This document shows, piece after piece, positions 48,909 to 64,000 of a DNA stretch of 64,000 bases; the stretch's first letter is position 1, and each line of letters opens with the position of its first letter. The stretch lies in contig CDROCS010005764.1 in the NCBI GenBank assembly GCA_977020255.1, positions 62,001-126,000 on the forward strand. Direction: 5' to 3'. The stretch comes from Obrimoposthia wandeli (Eukaryota). Below the pieces are notes generated by a model, which saw only the letters and a list, made by a program, of their open reading frames with translations, was not told where the DNA came from and made no database searches. Made by a program: the position numbers and the translations under genes.

Positions 48909-51239
48909 TATCTAGGTTATCACATGTATTTTATGTAATTTAACGTTTTATTGTTAAATGCATTTGTTTAATAAGTATATGAAATTAATTACTACAAGAA
49001 CAGTATAAAAGAATTTTATTACTATATTTTGAAAGGAGTTCATGCTCCCTTGTATTTAATAAAAACACTATATTTAAAATACGTATATTAGTTAAATAAT
49101 AAAAATGTAGGTAATTTCGTAAGTGTATGTATGTGTAACAAAATGATCACGTATTGCAAAAACTTGCAACTATATATATATTTATGTGTGTATATTTAAA
49201 ATAAAATGATAGTATTGAAAGTGTATAAAAATCTCTATCTATGTGTGTGTATTTGTGTGTTTCTTTGTAACTGTAAACCCCTGTACTCCGACCTTAAGAG
49301 GTCTTACCAGGGTCAGACAAAGTGCAATATGATTGACTTAAAAATGAAATAAAACAGAATTTTAAAACCCTTTAAGTCAACTCACGATAGTCAGATTAAG
49401 ATGAGAGGAAGTACATTATGATAGCTTTTAAAAAGTAGGAAAATAAGGTTTTGGTCGTTTACACGGGAAAAAATCTTCTAAAAAGCTGCTTGAGAATCCC
49501 CTAAATATTTATATATATATAATAATGAGTCATATTTCATCAAAATGAGTCATATCATAAGAGAAACAAAGGCTATTATACGTTAAACGTCTACTCTTTG
49601 CATTAATCATCAACCCTGGCGTCGACCAGATGTCTGAAAACAGATGTATTCGTGGGGAGAATCCTGCGTCGAACGTCGACGCTTGGAGGTGGTTGTCCTG
49701 AAAGACACATATCCCCTACTATTAGTCAAGGAAGCAGTATCTATGTTGCGTTCTAGTGTTAGAGTCTTGTTGGTGTTTGTAATTTGTGTTATTTGTAATT
49801 TGTTCCTCTTTACGTAAGGATTTTCTAGGCCATATTTCTTGCGTTACTTCAGCTTTAACCATTCTCGAACTTGCTTTGATAGTACAACTATATACTGTTT
49901 TTCCTGTTAAACCAATATGATATATTCAAAAATTTTACAAATGATATTTTTGTATTATATTTATTTTCAAATGAACAAAAGTTTTTTAACATCAGAGATC
50001 TTTTACGTGAATCATGCGAAAACTTATTTTATTATTTTACCTATATAATTAATAAGCTATTTTTGTTTAGAATTTTAAATTATCATTCGTTTATAGGCAA
50101 CCTTGTATTTGAGATGTCAAAATTTCATTATTATAATATTTTAGTTTTTATAACATAGTCCTGCTAATCCCATTTGATAACTTTATGAACATAAATTTAA
50201 ATTCAAAATACATTTAGTATGGCTTTTATTCGAAGGAGTAAAAATTCCCGCACAAAAGCGCCATTTATTACAAAAACACTTCTCACTATAAAGTTTGTAT
50301 GTGATTTGACGAAAAATATTGATTTGTAAGAAATGAATTAGACCATGACTTGGTTCAATTATAAAGAAAACGGCTCCAATGTGTAATTAAAAGTAAACCC
50401 TCGTCATACCTTTAAAGGGTTCACTCACAAAAGCACTATTTATTCTGACGGCATTATTTTGATAATCTACAATATTCGATGAATACAAAGATAGTTCAAA
50501 ATTTTCCAAAATAAAATGCTATATCAGCTAATGATAAAATTTTAAACAAATATCCGTACATTCAATAGGAAAAGCGTTAGAAAATTCAAATGGAATAGTT
50601 GAACATTTACGAAACTGGCATTTCTATTGTAAATATTGAAGAACGTTAATAATTGGTTTCCATATAAATGCGATTGTTTTTATTTCAATTTACCGTAAAA
50701 TTCCAAGTACAGTACGCTACCATTTAAAATAAACCCTTTACATTTGTCATGTAAGTGGGTCTAAAAGTTGGATCGACAATGTATCATTCTTATACTATAT
50801 TTATTACATATCCTAAATTGTCAACTTCATTGGAGTGAAACCTTTGTGTATTTTACTTCATAGCAACCTAATTGTACAAATGTCTTGTTGAAAGAAAAAA
50901 TCAGAAAAAACAGAAATCAAGTGCTATTAGCATCATTGTTTTGGTAAAATGAAGTTTAAATAATCGATGTGACCACTTGGCTCCAGTTTGCTGGAGAGTG
51001 AAGTCAGAGTATGAGGAAAATTTCAAAGGCACTTAACTTTACTACACATCCCATTTACTTTGTGATTTATAATTTTGGGAAATTTTGAAACACTATATCA
51101 AATTTCAATTTTGTTTTGGGGAAATTTTTACTTTAAAAATTTTAAACACATAATCACTAAAAATTGACAGTAAAATTTGTATAATTCATGTGTTTGTATT
51201 CATGTGTTTGTATTTTTAAAATAATATTCAGAAAAATTA

Positions 51240-51660
51240 TTTATCACAGGATATGCGCAGGATACTTTAAAGAACAAAATATTCTGAGAGTACCGTGTAC
51301 TAGACATTGAAACGCTTTTATTTAGAGAGCACTGTTGGTCGTGTACCAGGAAGGACATTTCATAGAATGAATCAGTCAAATATAAAGAATTGGCTTCTGA
51401 CGCTCTTAGAGAAAAGCCTTTTATGATATTTCAGTCTTATACTAATTAGATATTGCATGAAAATGAGGCCAAGGATTTATAAACAGAAACTGTCATACCC
51501 TACAAAGCAGTAAAAGGGGAAAACAAAAAATCGTATTGGGAGACTACATATAATTGATTATTACACAAAAGAGCTCTTCAAAAGATCATCGTGGATGATG
51601 AGTCATTTTTTACATTGAAGAATGATAATGTTCCAGTTGATAAATACTATTATAAGATTG
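51240..51660 (+). pseudogene. IS630/Tc1/mariner transposase remnant
   Basis: Frameshifted fragments YSESTVY..LKRF...TVGRVPG and IIVDDESFFTLKNDNVPVDKYYYK (first catalytic Asp motif at ~51585). Confidence 0.6.
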
Positions 51661-51764
51661 GCGATGCCTTGAAAATGTAAAACTTTATGAAAAGAAGAAA
51701 TTTGAAGCACATGTTTTAGTTTTATTGACAATCAGTCCATCTTGAATACTTTTATATCATCATC

Positions 51765-52043
51765 ATAAGTGTTAAATCGTTGTTGAAAAAAATTACAGCA
51801 AAGAAATAAACTTTTTTAAAATTAATTATTTTAAACAATTTCACATACTATTAAAAAATATTTATGAAGCAATTTTAGTTAAACAAAGGACTTTTATTCC
51901 GAATAATAAGTGTTAAATCGTTGTTGAAAAAAATTACAGCAAAGAAATAAACTTTTTAAAATTAATTATTTTAAACAATTTCACATACTATTAAAAAATA
52001 TTTATGAAGCAATTTTAGTTAAACAAAGGACTTTTATTCCGAA
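51765..52043. repeat. Near-perfect tandem duplication of ~140 bp
   Basis: ATAAGTGTTAAATCG...TTATTCCGAA at 51765 and 51906; the only difference I saw is one T in a homopolymer. Confidence 0.92.
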
Positions 52044-53003
52044 AAATCGTTTATTGAAAATAAAATGTAATTCTGTGAAATTTAGAAATAAATATAAAAT
52101 TTTGAAATATTAACTTAAATTTTCAATTAACCCTTTTTCATACATTCCATAATGATGATACAGCCTGGATTAAATTTATTAGGAAATATTTATTAAAATT
52201 TAACGAAGATTTTAGAGGCACACATTTTTAGGTGAATATAAAAAAAATTCTAATTTAGCAATTTAGATATTCTAAGATAATTTCAAATGACTTTAAAGAA
52301 AATTGACATTCGTATTTGTTGTGATGATTTTTAAAAGCAAGTGAAGTTCACTTCATCATTTATTGAACCATTTTTTTTACTCCAAAATTTTGATTAGCCA
52401 AATAAAATATAAGAAAATAGCTTTTAATAAATTGAATCTCTAAACAATTTATTTGCTTCCACAAAATACAGTTTTTATTAATTCAATGTAATTATTATTA
52501 TATATGAACACAAGGAAATGTTAATACAACAATCATAATACATGCTACTGTTTCTATTTTCAAGATGACATACACGCTGCTTAATTCTTACACGTAGTTA
52601 TACACAAATGTTTTGAAACAATTCTTCCTCAGATTTTTGGAAGCCTCAATATGTGTTTATTGTTTTTTATTCTGTTCCAATAGACCAGCTTCTTTATAAT
52701 CCCTCGCACTGAAATCTCCAGTGGTGACATGTCTAGGTTGAGAGGTGGACATTCAGCAGAGCCTCAGTGGCCAATTTAGTAGTTAGAAAGATTTCATCAA
52801 GGTGATTTCATACAATCCGTGCATAATGTAGAGAAGTTCCATATTGAGGCCACCACATATATGGATGGTCACGATGAAGTAGCTTGAAGCGTTGAAAAGC
52901 AAATGTATTTACAAATAACTCTCACAAGTTACAAATTACAAATGGCTAACCTTCCAATAACACTTCAAGTGACCTCAAACAGCATCACAAATGGTGTTCC
53001 ATT

Positions 53004-54186
53004 TGTTGGGGTTTTCTAATAAAATCTAATTAGAATTCTCTTATGAAGGCCCCCAACGCGAGTTGTAGGTTTTCCTTACTATCTGAAGGTTTGTTGTAAT
53101 TGTGTTGTTTGTATTGTATGGTGTTAGTAAGACTGTGTTTAGGATAACTGGAGGGTCCCTAAAATTATTGTTGTGTTATATAGGACTGATGTACAAGCCG
53201 GTTAGGCCACTTTAGATAATAAAATTCAAAAAGGGTCTGTGATACACAAAACTGGAACTAATCGACGTTGACAGTGCTCCTCTGAATATATAAGGGCTTT
53301 GACTACCGTCTCGTTGGATAATTCTCGGCCAACCTATATGTGAATTGTCCTCAGTTGTTCTCTTATTTTCCATAGTTCGGACTGCTATTCGGGATAGTTG
53401 TTTGTCTGAAATTATCTTCTAAAAACAATTCGAAGACTATATTTATTAATACACTAGCTTTACACACTAAATAACAAAAAATTAACACGTAGCAGGGTGA
53501 CACTCTACAACATACAATGGACAAATCGTTTATTTCCCCCACAAGAGTCACAATTAAAAATGCAATTCAATTTAATGGGATTCAAATTACTCTGTTCAAG
53601 AAATATGAAATACAAATTAAATTCAATACTTATTCACATACGAAAAAATATAAAATATTATTCTCATAATATGTAATACACTTTAATTCAGAAAGTGATT
53701 GTACCTATCTTGATTTCACGTCCAATTCCTCTTGTCAATTCTCCAAAAAACAAACGTAACTTCTCTAGATCTGTTTTTAACTGTTCTGTGTGATGAATAT
53801 CAAAACAATTGTTAAATAGTTTCCAGAATTACCTGCAGTCTCATATACGGCCGGATATGGTGATTCACAGAATGCGGCTGTTGAGGGAATGTGGCGGTAT
53901 TCTCGTTGAAATGCCGACGATGCAATGCTATGTTTGACTTTTCGTACCTCGATGTACTTTGTCGATCTTGGTTTGATCTAAAATAGCGCAATTCTCTGTT
54001 TGTCTACTATCTCATATGTTGCCGTTTATAAACACTTCATTTTTTCTTAAATATACATTTCCATGTCCTCTTCAAGGTCTCGATTTATTTAACATAACAT
54101 ATTTTAAATTCATTTTAAATTTGTTTTATCTCTTACTATAAATTAGTATATTATATATTTATATTCTAATTTTTCTTAATCTTACA
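53004..54186. mobile_element. Solo LTR, copy D, intronic
   Basis: TGTTGGGG...CTTACA termini, TSD CATT (53000-53003 and 54187-54190), and internal motifs shared with copies B and C. Confidence 0.85.
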
Positions 54187-57100
54187 CATTTAGTAGACAT
54201 GCCAAAATTTAGGACAAAATCACTGACATTATTTATCTGATAAAACCTTTGTACACAGAATATTCTTCGTCGGAGCATTGTTTTATTAAACATTATGAGT
54301 AAATAATGAGAAAAAAGTTAACGACTTTCACTAGAAATCGATACAATCTCTGAGGTTACTAATTACCATAGTATACATTGTACATACATTCTATTTACAA
54401 AATATAGTGCAATAAACCTATAGAAATCTTCTATTATGACATCATATATTAATAAAAATAAAGTGACACTAATGACACACCATGTATATTGTCAATTGCT
54501 CTTGATATTTTGAAAATTTAATTACTCTCAATTTTTAGAGATAATTGGTTAATGAAAAAAGTGATTTTCAACAAAAGAGGTATCAGAAAATTGAAAATTA
54601 TACAAATACTGCTGATAAAATCAAGTTGGATAAATGAAAATGAAAATTAGAAAAAATTTATGTTTAAAATAATTTTTTAATCAATTCCACTCAAACCAGA
54701 CTAGACTAGACTACCCGGTTTACGGGAGTAATCGATGCCACACACGGATATTAAATTATGATGGTAAACATTTCAATTCCGCAAAGCATTTCGAAATTGT
54801 ATTCTTTATTCGTTTATTTTTCAATATTCAGTTTGCTTTTCATTCTTTAAATATATTTTTAGTTCAGATACTTCTGCAAAAATATAAATCTCACATGTTT
54901 CCGATGTACTTACAAATTCGTTATTTTATTACACAAATTTATATATCAAGGACACCAGAGATTAAAACACGTGAGTGTTTTTAACCAAATTTCAAAAAGA
55001 ACGTAATGCAAATTGTAAAATACTCAATTATATTTTAGTGTTTTTAAACCAACTGATAAAATCACTATACACTTCCTGAAATTTTCATCGGTTTTGATTA
55101 GGTCTTGTGGGAGATGTGTGATAACTGGATGATATTTGGTGAATTACGGTTTGGATAGATTTCCATACACGTAAGGACATTTGTGTAGACGTTTCATAGC
55201 AACCTACATATATAAATGAGTTATTTGTGTATCGGACAGATGATTTACATATTTTTAAAAAATTTAATTATATTTTTATTAACATATCTATGGAAACCAG
55301 TTTTTAATCATTTTTAAGGGCACAGTAGAATGCTACTTTACTTTACAGTTAAATTTAATTGAATAGTTAAAAATGATCAATTTATAAAAGTTTATAAACA
55401 TCCAATTATTATATTTCCTCTCTTTTCCCAAATAAGGAAGCGTCCTTATATTTCTTAGCAAATTTATGGGTTTAAATGGCTTATAATTTTAGAAGCTGTT
55501 CATTTTGTCATAAATACTTGATCTCAAAATTGATACGGAAATTAAAATGAAACACATTTAAAAAGATCGTGGAAAGATAAAAGTATTAATATATAATATT
55601 ATTTGATGTTTTCTGTTATTCTTTGTTATTTTTTGTTTATTATTGGTTTCTTTTCTTAGTTGTCGCATAGTATTTTTTTCAATGATTCCCCTTAAAATTG
55701 TTCTCACTTACATTATTAACAATAAGTTAAATATTTTAAATAACACAAAACTACTTTACCATACTCGTACATTTTAGTAAATAATTATAATGACCACTTT
55801 ATTAGATTTTGTATTAGATTTTGATATCATTTGATAAATAAATCATAAACTAGAGTAGTTTTTAAAGTTTAAAATATATAGACGAATAAATAAAGATGAA
55901 AGTAGAAAATAGTGTTTCGAGATTTGAAAAGCGAGTTTTTAAATTATCCATTAAATTATTTAAATGCAACCAGTATTTAAAATGTTCAACGTCTGTTAGA
56001 TCATTCTTGCTAAGTTTTGGAAACCGAAATATTGCATTTGACGTATACTTGGTTTATAGAAGGAAAGATTCAAAATAAATGAGTTATCAGACTCTTGTGG
56101 CTTATAGTTTCACCCTGTACTCTTTGTTTGCTATATTCATGGCGTTGAAAATGTCGGTAACATATGTGTAATCATTATTTAATAATATTGCTGTTTCATC
56201 CAACTGAACATTAACATCGGAGAGAATCATAAAGGGTTTTATTTGTATCACAATTTACCTTTGAGTTGTTGCAAGTTTGGAAATAACGTGTACGTACAAT
56301 GTAACTACTGTTACTATATCTACGTTTACTTTGAGATAAAAAAATAATAGTTTGCAGTATGTATTATAATGTGTATTCAAATGAACTAAAATACAATTTA
56401 AATTTATCGTCATCGTCCTCGTATTGCCCATTGCGTTTTTTGTCACCGACTTGTATATCAATTTTGACAAAGGGAGCGATATTGTCCACTTCGTGAATCA
56501 CTGTTCTTTACAAACAAAATGTATTGCATTATTAGCAACTACTCGCCAGCTTGATTTAAAAATCACTGATCGACAGAATTAATCCTCAGTTCAATGGTTT
56601 GTCAATATGGGCTCTTTGGCTGACAGCTTTTCTGCTCATCTTCCTTTCATTCGGTGCCGAACTGATTGAATTCGGACCAATAACTGAAAACCCTTTTTTT
56701 CCACACACGTCAGAATGAGAGTAATGGTTCACTTCGCCATAGAAATAGCGTTTGTAGCAGTCGTCTTGACCACGTGGATGCAACTTTATTCACATGTACA
56801 ACCTAACGTCGCTGTGTGATTCGATCAGCTTTTATCCTTGTTTCTCTAAACGTATTCTTCTGTTGTCTATAACTATATCTATTGAATTTATCTGGTTCCT
56901 TTACACTTACATCGTAATCTGAGTTGTAATAACTACTTTGATAGTTAGGCTTACATCGACTTGGTTAATTATCTCCTTCCCCTTCTCTTAATATTGCAAT
57001 AGATTTTAACAAACTGATAAGATAAACATATAAAACGAGATATGAACTCGGAGAAAGACAATTGGAAACTAAGTGTTAAAACAAACAAAACGTCATTGTG

Positions 57101-60100
57101 TTATTTTGCGTGTTTCTAAAATTGTTTAAGATACACTTATTTTTAACACAATTTTTATTATTATTTGACAGACCTTATTTAATATAAATCTATAGCAAGT
57201 TAAACTGCGCCCATAAACGACTTCCTCATCTACTTTGTGTATGAAACTTTACAAGTGTATGCTTCAATTACTTTACATGTAAACGTTATTGTTTATTGAA
57301 AGGAAAATTTCGCTGAGGGGTTTAATTATGTCAGTAAAAACTAAATATTAAATTTCAAAAATATAATTGAAATTACTTTTACAACTATTTTCAGGCATTT
57401 CCAGATAACGTATTCCATTTATTAATAATTACACGTTTGTGGCTTTCAACGTATTCTTAATTAGAATTATTCATGTAAATTTTTGTTAATAATGTTTTGG
57501 AGTCTTAGCCAGTTAAGATACATAAGCAACATAATTTTCATATAATTAAGATAGAGTATATTTAACAACTTATGGACTTGTTTTAACTTATTTGAAGTGG
57601 GAATTATTTGGTTCATAAATTAACATATTATTCCTTATTAAAATTTCTATCGATGAATAATAATGCCATATGTTTCTGAAATATTTCTAAACATTATTCT
57701 AAACTAAAATTGTAGATGTAAAATTCCTCTACACAAATAATTAATTGAAAAATAAAATAATTGATTCTAACAATCCTAATGATTATATTAACCAGGTATA
57801 ATAACAAGTATATATTTAATATATCACTAATATCTAATAAATATATGATTTATTATTTAAAAGTGCCTCCTATTTTCCTTTATTATACGTAATATTTTCT
57901 GAATAGTAAAATATGCAGCTGTTTACTTGAATTTTTCAACATAGTTAGTCTCTTATATTTATTAGTAAATTGTTGTAAAGGTTTGGATCAAAAATTTCAA
58001 ATATTCTGTTTGTTATTTGAGAATTTCATTATCAACAAGCAGTCATTATAAATGCTCCTAATAAATGTGAAAAAATCAATTTTAGGAGAATAATTAGGAT
58101 CTTGAATTCAATTCTGAGATTTTTATCATTCTTTATAGTATCCCACCTTTCGCAGTAGTAAATCAATAGCAAGGGAATATGTACATAGAATATGATTTAA
58201 AATCATATATAAACTTTAAAAAAACATTTGAGTTAGAAGTGCATTACAAAAAATCTTGTCGAAAAATTTAATTTCTAAATCCCGTAGTTTAGAACCAATA
58301 TTTAAAAATTCAATATCTATTATTAAAAAGTTATCAATGGGATTTTTATCAAAATTTTAATAAACAATCTGGAAATTAATAATTGTAAAATTAGACAGAA
58401 ATTCAATACCTTTGTTAGTACAGTTCACTGCATAGTCGATTCGGTTTCAACTTCTGATGACAATTCGTTTGGTATTCACTTACAAATCAAAAAGTAGTTA
58501 TAGTGATATTCAGGGGCTTTTAATGTGAGGAGCAAAGTGCCTTTTTCAATCAAATATTTGAGAAAAACTGTAATTGTATACTCTTGAGAATTTGTTTTGT
58601 TTAGTTATGCTGCTACAATTTGAAGACAAACTAAAGCCAAATTAGCAATTAAGATCTATAACAAGAGTTTCTGTGACATCTAGTCCAAACGTCATTAACT
58701 TGTATTTTTAACAAAATTTTAAAAAATATGAAAAAATTATATTTTTGTAACTCAAATATATGTTTAAATTGTTTCTGTTTTAATTACGTTACATTTATAC
58801 ATGAATTGCTGTTTTAAGTATTATAATTAAAAATTGATTTGTTGTACTTATTAATAATTTATTAATAAGTTTAAATTATCAATATATTCAAATGTCACAA
58901 AATTTTAAAACCTTTTAATTTTTCGAATTTCTTTTTTGTTGTTGTAATTTTAGAGTGAAAGTTAATTTAGATTTTAGATTTGAAGTTTTAGTCAAAATGC
59001 CAAAGAAATATGATCTGGATGATGAAAGATGAAAAACATTTGACCTATGACAAAAATTATTTCGATTACTTCTATTTCAGAAATTAAAATCGACTGATAT
59101 ATATATTACCAGTCTCTTTTACTTACTTATGTTCCGTTGTTTATTTTTTTCAAAATAACATGACTCCATTAAAGTAAGAAATGAAAATGTGGCTTTCTGA
59201 AAATAAATTTGTTGTCTCGCAACATTCATCTGATCGAGAATGGGGAGTTTAGGCATGAAGTATTTATGTGAAAAAAGACAAATACATCAATACTAATGAC
59301 CTAAAAGGATCTATTAGTGAAGAAAATTCATATCAGAGAAAGAACTATTCGATAATCTTCCTAAATATTTCTCTCAAAGATTATTTAAAGTTTTATGTAG
59401 GAACAGTTCTTCTCTTTTTAAATAGATATAATTTTAAGTGTTGAGATATTTTTCGTTTTAAATGATTTTAAGCTTAATTTTAAATATTATGCAATTTATT
59501 GTTATAACTTATAATATAAAATAAATGTAATATTTGATAAATAACTTTAATTATATTATTTACCAATCTCTATGTAGTTTATATTTAGAAAATAAAATAT
59601 TTTCAGCTTCATATATAAAGAAAAAATTAATGGTTAAATAATGTTTGATAAGCCTTTGAATAATGTGTGATCATTAGAATCTGGTATTATTTAAATATAT
59701 GTTATCTTATCTTATCTTAAAGAAAATTAAAAGTATATTAGCTGCTGATTATTAAAATATAATACAGATTACAATAAAATATATGTAATAAATATATTAA
59801 AAATAATCACATGAACATATCTGAGTAAGTTCAAAATTGACCTAGACTTACTTAAAAGTTAAAACAACTCACAAATAAGCCCGATAACTAATGACGGAAT
59901 CTGTTTAGCTTTTTAGATGTTTATTTATCACAATTACGACGTTTGGATTTTGTTTTTTCTCTGTTACAATAAATCAAGGGAAGCACGATTTGGTTCGGTT
60001 CCGACTTTAAACTAATTCTAAGACTTTCGGAGATGTAAATCACTATCAAATGAGGAGATCATTTAACTGATACTGTGAGTTAATGGTTTTTTATGTCAAG

Positions 60101-60789
60101 AGACAGAGTTTTGGAAAACAGCAGATGTTGAAATTTAATTACATGCTTCATTGTAAGATAAATTATAGTCTTTAATTTACTAGATATTGATGTATGGTTT
60201 ATCAGAGTCGATTTTCTATCTTATAATGAAATTAATGTTTTAAAAATGTATTTTTATACAACAAAAGGAGCCTTTCAGTTTTAGGTTGGTATAATCCTTT
60301 AAACTCTGTAAAATTAATTATATACGAAGTTCAATTCGACAAATTTTATACGCGTTGTATAAAAATGATAATTTAAGATAAAATACAAAATATGAAAAAA
60401 GGTAATTATATTATTCCTATCTTTTCAATATAATCTTCAGCTTTATTCTTTGTTATAAACAAATATAAAACTTTGTTGGCTTGAATTTGGGGTTTTATTT
60501 TTCAGTGGGTCATTTGTCAAAGGTTTTTAAATATCGTTAGTTATATGGTTGGTTACCAGCTTACTGAAGAGTCAATCCCGAATCTATTATTCTGCAGTTT
60601 CATCACGAGGCTTTTATAAGTTAGGCTTATTTTTAAATTTAATAACTAATTGGAATTTATATTCTGAGGAAAACTTGTGGAAACTTAGATACAAGTCAGC
60701 TTATTCTAAAAGTCGACTCATGCCACATACAGAGCGAGTTAAGTTTAGTCAATATTAATTTAAGAAATGTTTATCCCAAATTGCTTCAG

Positions 60790-61750
60790 TTCAGATCGGT
60801 CAACAGCTAAGTAGTCTGAAATAGCAACCAGTACACCACGCAAGAAAAAGTAACTATAACTGTTTGGGCTCATTCGTCCGGACAATGCAGACAAAAAATT
60901 TTCATGGTCAGTAGAACAAGGAAGCAGCTCCCAGGAAAATCGTATCTAACTGGAAAGTCAAGCTTCAGGAAACAGGAAATTTTGAAAAAGGTCAACCTCG
61001 TCCGCATGCGGGGATAATAACGTACTGGCTGTTTTACAATTAGGGAGTAATGATTCACCACTTCCACTCAACGCGTATCAGATGAATTAAATCTTTCTCG
61101 AACGTCAGTATGTCGCATTTGAACGAAAGGTGCCTAAATACAAGCTAAATTATTCCCAATTTCTTAGTTATAAAATGGCTCATTTCTATGAATAGATAAT
61201 AGCAAAATTTGCAAATGATCCAGAATTTAATAGAAAGCTTTCTTTTTCTGATTTATGTGTTTTCAATACTAGTCGTAATGTTTATAAAAAACATTGTGTA
61301 TAATTGGGCAGCTAAATACTCAATTATTTGGGTAGAAGTGTCGAAAAGACTGCAAATCTGACAAATCCCGGAGATATGAACGGGGAGTGATGTAATTCAT
61401 TACTCACTGAAAAACTGGTTCCATACTTCAAGTAACCACAAATTATGTTCCAACAAGATGGTGCTTCTCCATGCTACACCGTAAACGCCACGAATGAAGA
61501 AATGCTAAATACGTGGATTTTCCGGTTAGGATGAATTACATGGCATATTAGGTCTCCAGTTCTTGTGTTCCATCTTATTCCATTCGATAATTGTGAGAGA
61601 AAATTTCCATAGAACTCAAGATCATCCTGCTGGACGTGTTCAGACGCTCGTTTAAGGATTTTCTTAACTGGTGTTAAGAGTTTTTGACAATGATGGAGGT
61701 ATTTTTGAAAAATAATCAAGTAGTAGACAATTCGTCATATATAAGTAGGT
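60790..61750 (+). pseudogene. Tc1/mariner-superfamily transposase remnant
   Basis: Fragments STQRVSDELNLSRTSV.RI, F.NDPEFNRKLSFSD, MFQQDGASPCY (61445) and W..RSP, with many stops; boundaries approximate. Confidence 0.7.
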
Positions 61751-62570
61751 GTAAATAATTTTAAAAAATAGTAAAAGCATTTATTAACATTCTTTTATTT
61801 ACATAAATGATATTTTTTCTGTTAATTTTATATTTTATTCAATTATGAAATGTCACTACTAAAGGGAAAAATTTCATTCTGATGCAGGGGCATGCATCAA
61901 TGTTTGGAATAAATACTAAAAACTTCAAAGAAACATTTATAATACTAAATATAAAAAAAGATTTTACAAGGAAAGCATTACTAATAGTGAGGTTTTTAAT
62001 TTTTAAAATTATTTTTTATAAGTCATTTTTGATTATTGCCAAATGTTTTTTTCAAAAGATATTGAAACTAAATTGTTCATTCTTGGTACATTGTAGATAT
62101 CCAGAAAGTCTTAACTTTAACATAGCTATTTGGTCGTTTATTAGTTCCACTAAAATAAATGCAAGCTGTGTTTAAAGAAACTTAAATTAAGGTTTGATTG
62201 TACAATATATATAAACACATTAATACAATCAAACTAAAGTCAATATTTAGGTCGCATGTTATTAATAATTTAATTTTTAACAGTTAGTCAAATACTGTAG
62301 AATACAAATATTTTTGTGCCACAAAACAGAAGGTCTGATGTCGTCTTTCTCAAGACCTCTGAATGTACGTTTCTATCTAGGGCTTGATACTAGTTATTGC
62401 TACTTTGTCCTTGCAAACAAAATTATAAAAATAAGTGCATAATGTGAATTTAGATATGACAATTAATGAAAAATAGCAAAATGTCATGAATTAGGGAAAC
62501 ATTTGAAATATAAATCACCGAATTTTATATTTAATTGATAAATTGTTCTAACGATTTAAAATTCTTTCAG

Positions 62571-62654
62571 AGCTTCCTGAAGCAGCTGCTTAAGGAATCA
62601 CATCCAGAGGAAGTGGTATCCGAGGAGAAGATCATTGAATACACCAGCACAATG
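62571..62654 (+). CDS. Cbp53E: Calbindin-32-like exon (SFLKQLLKESHPEEVVSEEKIIEYTSTM); the gene continues beyond the window
   Basis: TTTCAG/GT sites; matches calbindin-32 NFLRDLLKEA...VSEDKLIEYTDTM. Confidence 0.92.
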
Positions 62655-64000
62655 GTTTGCGTTTTCTTTTAAATTTCATTATTTCTTTACATTTTTAAAC
62701 TTTTTTTTGCTTCTGAAAATTGAAATTATAATTTAACAATAACTTATAATTAATATAAAGTTTATTTTTCATTTTAAAACTGCTCAATCATTTTTACAGG
62801 TAATTCTTGTATTTTTTCACAAAAACGATGTCCAATAATTTTAGTCTAAATACCAAGGATTTTCTCTAGCCATATTTGAGTACTTTTTAAATATTCGAGT
62901 AAGTAGGGAGATATAAGAAATTACCCGAGAAGAAATGGTTTTTAAAAATAGCATTTGAAGGAACTTCTTCACTGTAATTGATTATTTGAGTAATTTCGAA
63001 TACCAGACTATTCTGATTAATTTTCTATTGAAATATTGAATTATTTGTCTTCTAAAATATTATTTCAATCAAAATGATTTTTCATGTGATTTAAATGATA
63101 AATTAGTTTAGTCAGTAGAATTGGGTTACATATTCATAAATTTATCACAAATGACAATAATATATACATAGTACGTATGTCAATGATGAAGTATAAAGAA
63201 TTCTTTAAAAAGCAAATTTACTAGTGAATCTGGTTATTTATTCCTAGAATAGAAATTTAAAAAGAATCATTATTATTTGTTTTTATCTTATATTTTACTT
63301 TACTTTAAATTTACAAGATAAGATATATTTATATAGTGCCGGAATCTAAATATATACTACATATTACTCAAAGGTGCATCAAACCTTCCTATTGGATGTC
63401 GATCAATTTTACTTTTAAAGCTACATTAACGCTTTGTAGTATTTCTTATATAGAAGTTTTGCAGAATTATTTTTTAAAGTGAATATATTCTGAAAATTCT
63501 AATATATAAATGCAGTTCTCTTGTTTTTAGTCGTGGCTTCAAAAATCAGCTTTGTGATTTTTTAGTTTTCAATGTCACCTAATTTGAATGTTTAAATGTT
63601 TAAATTTAAAAATTTTAATTTGAATGTTTAAATCACATGTTGGTTTAAAAGAAGTATAATTTTCTTAATAAAATAAATCCAAGTTAATTCTAGATTTTAT
63701 TTGTAGCCAATGCAATGTTGTAAGATATCCTTTTCGTTGTTGAAATACTTATATTACAGTTTTGTTGAAAATATTAAGATTATGTCGTTTTTGGTTAAGA
63801 ACTATTTAACTTTTAAACAAAATTATTAGGGTTTTTTACATATTTGTAATTTTTTTGATCTACCGAATATCATATATGAATGACTTGTAAAGTTCTTTTC
63901 AATTCCTTGAAGTTTAGGATAAGTTTAAATTAGATGATGGGCTTTAATATAAGTTTAGAAATTCAATATGTGTAGGTACCTATATAGGTTCATATTTTAC

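Noticed and set aside
56586-56783. Minus-strand 65-aa ORF containing two Cys and several His residues
   Set aside because: The spacing fits no zinc-finger family I recognise and the surrounding frame has stops.
1-64000. tRNA, rRNA or hammerhead ribozyme genes
   Set aside because: No convincing cloverleaf, rRNA or CUGAUGA...GAAA core found by eye; an Infernal or tRNAscan run would be decisive.

Overview
AT-rich invertebrate (metazoan) genomic DNA. Bases 1-12179 are the right-hand ~12 kb of a nearly intact Polinton/Maverick (adintovirus-like) element. It carries pPolB (minus strand, running off the window), a TBP-like gene, a probable SSB, a packaging ATPase, pX-like and pVI-like core proteins, an RVE integrase with chromodomain, penton, major capsid protein, an adenain protease with a 38-nt intron, a DEDD-like ORF and a repeat-rich terminal region. 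It appears to be inserted 727 bp inside the end of a second Polinton family (12180-12906). The rest of the window is host DNA with five exons of a calbindin-32-like EF-hand gene (+ strand, 31037-62654), four related solo LTRs with 4-bp TSDs, hAT/hATm and Tc1/mariner/pogo remnants and MITEs. The most interesting signal is a candidate element-encoded transcription switch. The Polinton encodes a divergent TATA-binding protein, the TBP-like and SSB-like genes share a canonical TATATAAATAC box, and five downstream genes (ATPase, pX-like, pVI-like, MCP, DEDD-like) have a non-canonical TATAAACA box 36-53 nt before the ATG. All family assignments are by motif recognition; no searches were run.
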